Positions 60,220 to 64,000 of a stretch of 64,000 nt of DNA are shown one piece after another. The notes under the pieces were generated by a model, which did not search any database, had not been told where the DNA came from, and saw only the letters and a list, made by a program, of their open reading frames with translations. Position 1 is the stretch's first letter. Each line of letters opens with the position of its first letter. Source of the DNA: Spirochaetales bacterium (GTDB lineage Bacteria > Spirochaetota > Leptospiria > Leptospirales > Leptonemataceae). The position numbers were made by a program, and so were the translations under genes. The DNA is taken from contig JABTUL010000003.1 in NCBI GenBank assembly GCA_015075425.1, forward strand, positions 216,693 through 280,692. Direction: 5' to 3'.

Positions 60220-61491
60220 ATGGAACTTGTGATCCTTGCCGGCCTGATTTTGCTCAATGGCCTTTTTGCGATGTCAGAAATCGCCGTTGTATCTGCCCGG
60301 AAGGCCCGCCTGGAATCATTGAGCAAAAAGGGGGATCTCAAGGCACGGGAAGCGCTGGCTCTGGCAGAAAACCCGGACACCTTTCTCTCTACGGTTCAGA
60401 TCGGTATTACTCTGATCGGGATTTTGCTTGGTATCTATTCCGGGGAGAATGTGGTCGGAGACCTTGAACCCTACCTTGCGAGCTGGCCGATTGTTGCCCC
60501 TTACGCCCATGCGCTGGCGACGGCCATTGTTCTGATCCTGATTACCTATTTTTCTCTGGTGTTTGGCGAGCTCATCCCCAAGCGCATCGGCCTGGCCCGT
60601 CCGGAATCCATCGCGCGACTCGCGGCCCGGCCCATGCGCTGGATCAGTCGCCTGTCACACCCTTTTGTCTGGCTCCTGAGTAAATCTACAACTTTCTTGA
60701 TGAAAAGTCTCGGGATCCAGTCGGAAACCGGCCGGGTCACGGAGGAAGAGATCAAAGCGATTCTGCATGAAGGAACGGAGCACGGCGCCCTTGAGGCGGA
60801 GGAGCAGGCTATCATCGAACGGATTATGCATCTGGGGGATCGCAATATCACCTCTTTCATGACCCACCGCACGGAAATAGTCTGGTTTGATCGGACCGAT
60901 TCTCTGGAGTCCATTCGCAGTAAAATCCAGAAAGAACGCCATTCTACCTACCCGGTTTGCGAGCGGGAATTGGACCACATAGTGGGCACGGTTGCCCTCA
61001 AAGATCTCTTTGCAAGCGGCGGTAGCGGACAGATCAAGGATCACATCCACGCGCCGGCCCTCTTTGTGCCGGAAAACAATACAGCCTATCAGGTGCTGGA
61101 AAAAATCAAAAGCACCCGCCAGCACATTTGCTTTGTTGTGGACGAGTACGGATCACTGCTTGGTCTGATCACTCTTAAAGATATTCTGGAAGCGATCGTG
61201 GGCGATCTTCCAGAAGAGCATCAGGTGGATCACGAAATCGTTCGTCGTGAAGATGGTTCCTTCCTTGTGGACGGGCAGATTCCTTTTTATGACTTTCTAA
61301 CCTATTTTGAACGGGTCGAGTGGATGAATGAGGGCGAACACGATTTCGATACCCTGGCCGGATTCATACTGCACCAGATCGAGCGCATCCCGGCCACCGG
61401 TGAGACTCTCACCTGGAAAGATTTTTCCTTTGAAGTGGTTGATATGGACCGTAACCGGATTGATAAAGTACTCGTGCGTGTCCCGGTTTAA
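60220..61491 (+). CDS. CNNM/TlyC-family transporter (DUF21 + CBS pair + CorC_HlyC; hemolysin C-like)
   Basis: MELVILAGLILLNGLFAMSEIAVVSARKARLE (DUF21 start), CBS-pair region, C-terminal CorC_HlyC segment FLVDGQIPFYDF...LAGFILHQIERIPATGETLTWKDFSFEVVDMDRNRIDKVLV. The track ORF starts at a TTG at 60184. Confidence 0.85.
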   Translation: MELVILAGLILLNGLFAMSEIAVVSARKARLESLSKKGDLKAREALALAENPDTFLSTVQIGITLIGILLGIYSGENVVGDLEPYLASWPIVAPYAHALATAIVLILITYFSLVFGELIPKRIGLARPESIARLAARPMRWISRLSHPFVWLLSKSTTFLMKSLGIQSETGRVTEEEIKAILHEGTEHGALEAEEQAIIERIMHLGDRNITSFMTHRTEIVWFDRTDSLESIRSKIQKERHSTYPVCERELDHIVGTVALKDLFASGGSGQIKDHIHAPALFVPENNTAYQVLEKIKSTRQHICFVVDEYGSLLGLITLKDILEAIVGDLPEEHQVDHEIVRREDGSFLVDGQIPFYDFLTYFERVEWMNEGEHDFDTLAGFILHQIERIPATGETLTWKDFSFEVVDMDRNRIDKVLVRVPV

Positions 61492-62405
61492 GCCGGGATC
61501 TGACGCGATGTACGGATGATCCAGGAAGTGTAGAAGTTTCCCAGAGAACGCAAGAGAAACTCGTCTGAGTCCAGCCCCCTGTCTGCATGCTTGAGGGAGA
61601 GAATCCCTCTGCGATACGCGCTGCGGAACTGTAGAAAGTTAGTTTCATAGGGGATGTACTCGGACACGCGCACCATTTCATCCACCTCATGGCCGTATTC
61701 TGCCAGCCATTCCACAATCAGGGTGTCGCAGCGGTATTTACGGGCCAGAAGCACCTGAGCGATAATGCTGCGAAACATACATTCCAGAAAGTAGATCATC
61801 ACGCCGGGATTCTTGCGGGCCACGGCGGCCAGCAAATCATCGCGCAGATCCAGAACCGAGCGCACTTCTTTTAAAGTTTTGATCTTTTGGCACAGGTCGA
61901 TATAGGCGCGAAAATTCTGACAGAGGATCTGGCGATCTGTCAGGGTGAAGGAGGTGGAGGCATTTCTGATGCCGATTTCTGCAATGGTTTTCTCACAGGC
62001 GGCGATGTCCCGGTTGAGGCTGAGCAGCTGGATGGTTTGAAAAAGGATATCAAAGGCCATGATTTTGCCAGGGTCGCTGAGCAAAAGGGCCTCTTTGCGG
62101 TAAATGCCCGCCACCCGCATGATGAAGGGTTTCAGATCTCCCAGGAAATGGCGTCCGGTTCCCTTGAAAAGCAGGGCAATGCTACGCTGCAGTTGCGGAC
62201 TGTACTCCTGAAAATCAGCCTCATTTTCCTGAAATTGCTTGAGAAATGCATGTTTGAGCAGCCGGATCTTGCCCTCGCGCGCCTCCGGCTGGCATTGGAT
62301 GATGCGCCACAAAAGGAGCGATTTTTGCAGAGCCAGCCTTTGCGGCTTGATTTTTTGAGCAAATTGAAAGACGGTGCGGTCTGATTGTGCGGATGTGTTT
62401 GTCAT
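61488..62405 (-). CDS. Hypothetical cytoplasmic helical protein
   Basis: 305-aa ORF with no recognisable motif. Its 3' end overlaps the convergent CNNM gene by 4 nt. Confidence 0.5.
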   Translation of the reverse strand: MTNTSAQSDRTVFQFAQKIKPQRLALQKSLLLWRIIQCQPEAREGKIRLLKHAFLKQFQENEADFQEYSPQLQRSIALLFKGTGRHFLGDLKPFIMRVAGIYRKEALLLSDPGKIMAFDILFQTIQLLSLNRDIAACEKTIAEIGIRNASTSFTLTDRQILCQNFRAYIDLCQKIKTLKEVRSVLDLRDDLLAAVARKNPGVMIYFLECMFRSIIAQVLLARKYRCDTLIVEWLAEYGHEVDEMVRVSEYIPYETNFLQFRSAYRRGILSLKHADRGLDSDEFLLRSLGNFYTSWIIRTSRQIPA

Positions 62406-62545
62406 AATTTTTTGTCTATCCTACGATAACCGTGCCCTGACTTTTTTTTGCCGACTTTTTTCCTTGCCGGCCAGGCGATCAAGGATTTATTTACAGTCCC
62501 TTTTTAGGCTAGAGAGCCCCGGGCAACCGGGTGCCCGATTTTCCT

Positions 62546-63313
62546 TCAGCGCACAGCGGCTCCGGCAATGGCTGTGGAAAGCCAGCGGGGCATGGACTCC
62601 ATAAGCAGACTGTTGACACGGTTCAAAAATCCCGGGATGAGGATAGCTTTCCGGGAGAGCATGGCTCTGACGGAGGCCTCGGCCACGGCATCGCTTTTCA
62701 TGTTCATGAGATTTAAGAAGGCCGATTTCTGGTGTCGGGCCACGGTATGGAATTCTGTCTCCGTGATTCCTGGACAGATGGTCGTTACGCTGACTCCCGA
62801 GCCGGACAGTTCACGATTAAGCGCATAGGAAAAGGACAGTACATAGCTTTTGGTCGCGGAGTACACGGCATATTCCGGCGAGGGCTGGAAAGCGCCAATC
62901 GACGCAATCTGCATGATATAGCCATGCTTGTTTGCCACCATGTCGGGTAAAAAGAGCCGGGTCAGGTCCGTGAGCGAGGTTACATTCACCGCCAGCATGT
63001 TCCGCAACTGCGATGGCTCGTGGTTGACAAAGGGGCCCTTGATGCCAAAGCCCGCATTGTTGACGAGCGCTGTTACCCGGCCCAGCGTGCTTGCCTTCCG
63101 GTAGAGTTCCTGGGCTGCCTGAGGAAGCGAGAGGTCACAGGGCAGGACATGAACTTGAATTTTATGAGCGGACTCCAGTTCCTGCTTTAGTCTTAGTAGG
63201 CGATCTTCCCGCCGCGCAGCAACGATCAAATCGAACTGACGTTTGCCCAGGGAGCGTGCAATGTCAAGCCCGATGCCGCTTGAGGCTCCTGTGATGATAG
63301 CTAATTCTTTCAT
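62546..63313 (-). CDS. Short-chain dehydrogenase/reductase (SDR)
   Basis: ITGASSGIG (TGxxxGxG), NNAG, and YSATK (catalytic YxxxK). Confidence 0.9.
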   Translation of the reverse strand: MKELAIITGASSGIGLDIARSLGKRQFDLIVAARREDRLLRLKQELESAHKIQVHVLPCDLSLPQAAQELYRKASTLGRVTALVNNAGFGIKGPFVNHEPSQLRNMLAVNVTSLTDLTRLFLPDMVANKHGYIMQIASIGAFQPSPEYAVYSATKSYVLSFSYALNRELSGSGVSVTTICPGITETEFHTVARHQKSAFLNLMNMKSDAVAEASVRAMLSRKAILIPGFLNRVNSLLMESMPRWLSTAIAGAAVR

Positions 63314-63711
63314 GGTGACTCCTGTGTCCGGGCTTCTCTGGTGTAAAATAAAAACAGGAGAATGGCAGTGTAAGCCATGTATTCAGCGACCATGGCAGCA
63401 TACTTGTATGGAGACTTTAGATATTCCAGTGTCTCCACAGCGCACAGAGTGGCCATCATGGCATAGACCGCTCCCATGGCAGCAGGCCGGGCGCCTGGCC
63501 AGCGGCTGCCCAGTAGAAAGGTGAGCCCGCCGCTAAGGATGGCAAACCAGTGCAGGAATTGAACCCCGGCCGGGAAGGAAGGATTTTGTAGGGGAAGGAT
63601 GGGCGCGTCCGGAAAAAAGTATTGAATCATCCCTGCAAAGCCCCAGATTAGCAGGATGAGATGGATGATCTCGAGCACCCGGTAGATTGCTGACTTAACA
63701 GTATGGCTCAT
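63310..63711 (-). CDS. Small integral membrane protein (4 predicted TM helices)
   Basis: 133 aa, hydrophobic. The stop overlaps the SDR start by 4 nt. Confidence 0.6.
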   Translation of the reverse strand: MSHTVKSAIYRVLEIIHLILLIWGFAGMIQYFFPDAPILPLQNPSFPAGVQFLHWFAILSGGLTFLLGSRWPGARPAAMGAVYAMMATLCAVETLEYLKSPYKYAAMVAEYMAYTAILLFLFYTREARTQESP

Positions 63712-63803
63712 GCTTGCACTTTTTAACGGTGCTGGATCACAACAAGTCCTTTTCCGCGAACCGATTTCACTTGCGCCTGCCCGTAGCTCTCCGGAGCTGT
63801 ATC

Positions 63804-64000
63804 ATGGCCAAAAACCTCTATCTGACCACGAATGAAGCTCGCAGCGGCAAATCCATGATCGCTCTGGGGCTCATGGAACTCTTGCGCGGTGCCATCGGGA
63901 AAGTTGCTTTTTTTCGACCCATCATCCTTACAGCAGGAGAGGGCGAGCGCGACCGGGACATTCAACTTTTGCTTTCCCATTTTGAACTGAGCCAGGACTA
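63804..64000 (+). CDS. pta: Phosphate acetyltransferase, N-terminal fragment (continues beyond window end)
   Basis: Not in the ORF track because there is no stop. The ATG at 63804 is preceded by GGAG. MAKNLYLTTNEARSGKSMIALGLMELLRGAIGKVAFFRPII resembles the N-terminal domain of long-form Pta. Confidence 0.6.
   Translation, partial: MAKNLYLTTNEARSGKSMIALGLMELLRGAIGKVAFFRPIILTAGEGERDRDIQLLLSHFELSQD

Noticed and set aside
63723-63980. 85-aa minus-strand ORF near the window end
   Set aside because: It overlaps the plus-strand frame, which starts with a GGAG RBS and encodes a typical Pta N-terminal domain. The minus ORF has no features.
1-64000. Scan for tRNA/rRNA/tmRNA/RNase P/SRP RNA hallmarks, IS elements, integrases, toxin-antitoxin pairs and known defence systems
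   Set aside because: No T-loop (GGTTCGAAT-type) motifs in intergenic DNA. No rRNA-like stretches. No transposase, integrase or reverse-transcriptase-like ORFs. No cas or restriction-modification signatures recognised by eye.

Overview
Gene-dense chromosomal segment with about 60 CDS on both strands, moderately GC-rich by eye. I recognised no rRNA, tRNA, CRISPR array, transposase, integrase or phage gene. Many genes overlap by 1-11 nt, which suggests operons with translational coupling.

Housekeeping anchors: aspS, recA, argC, folE, trmB, an lptD-like gene, a WbaP-type sugar transferase and the 5' end of pta.

Metabolic and transport modules:
- punA-cdd-deaminase-deoA nucleoside catabolic operon
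- M20 hydrolase-astA-astD cluster
- znuABC
- MBOAT plus an SGNH-like partner
- GT2-GtrA glycosyltransferase plus a polytopic membrane protein

About 15 predicted lipoproteins carry L-x-x-C type lipoboxes. Several are beta-propeller or adhesin repeat proteins (Calx-beta-like, delta-60, SBBP, DUF2341/LamG).

The lipoprotein load, a TlyC/CNNM gene, a 7TM-DISM sensor, class III cyclases and a DUF1574-like MBOAT partner suggest a Leptospiraceae-type spirochaete. This is inference only.

Most interesting observations:
1. A 156-bp, highly structured tandem repeat (2.4 copies, about 97% identical) with a 25-nt inverted repeat. It fills the divergent intergenic region between the 7TM-DISM sensor gene and the CNNM/TlyC gene.
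2. Two overlapping genes encode paralogous atypical GTPase domains. One is fused to a DUF697-like membrane domain, the other to a YaaW/UPF0174-like domain.
3. An extended zinc locus places a lipoprotein, a ZraP-like His-rich LTXXQ lipoprotein and an outer-membrane barrel with a HAHAHA loop directly upstream of znuABC.
4. An MBL-fold protein has lost its HxHxDH metal motif.
5. There are three gene relics: a cyclase, a GT-C glycosyltransferase and an astD fragment.

All family assignments come from reading the translations against remembered family consensus. No searches were run.
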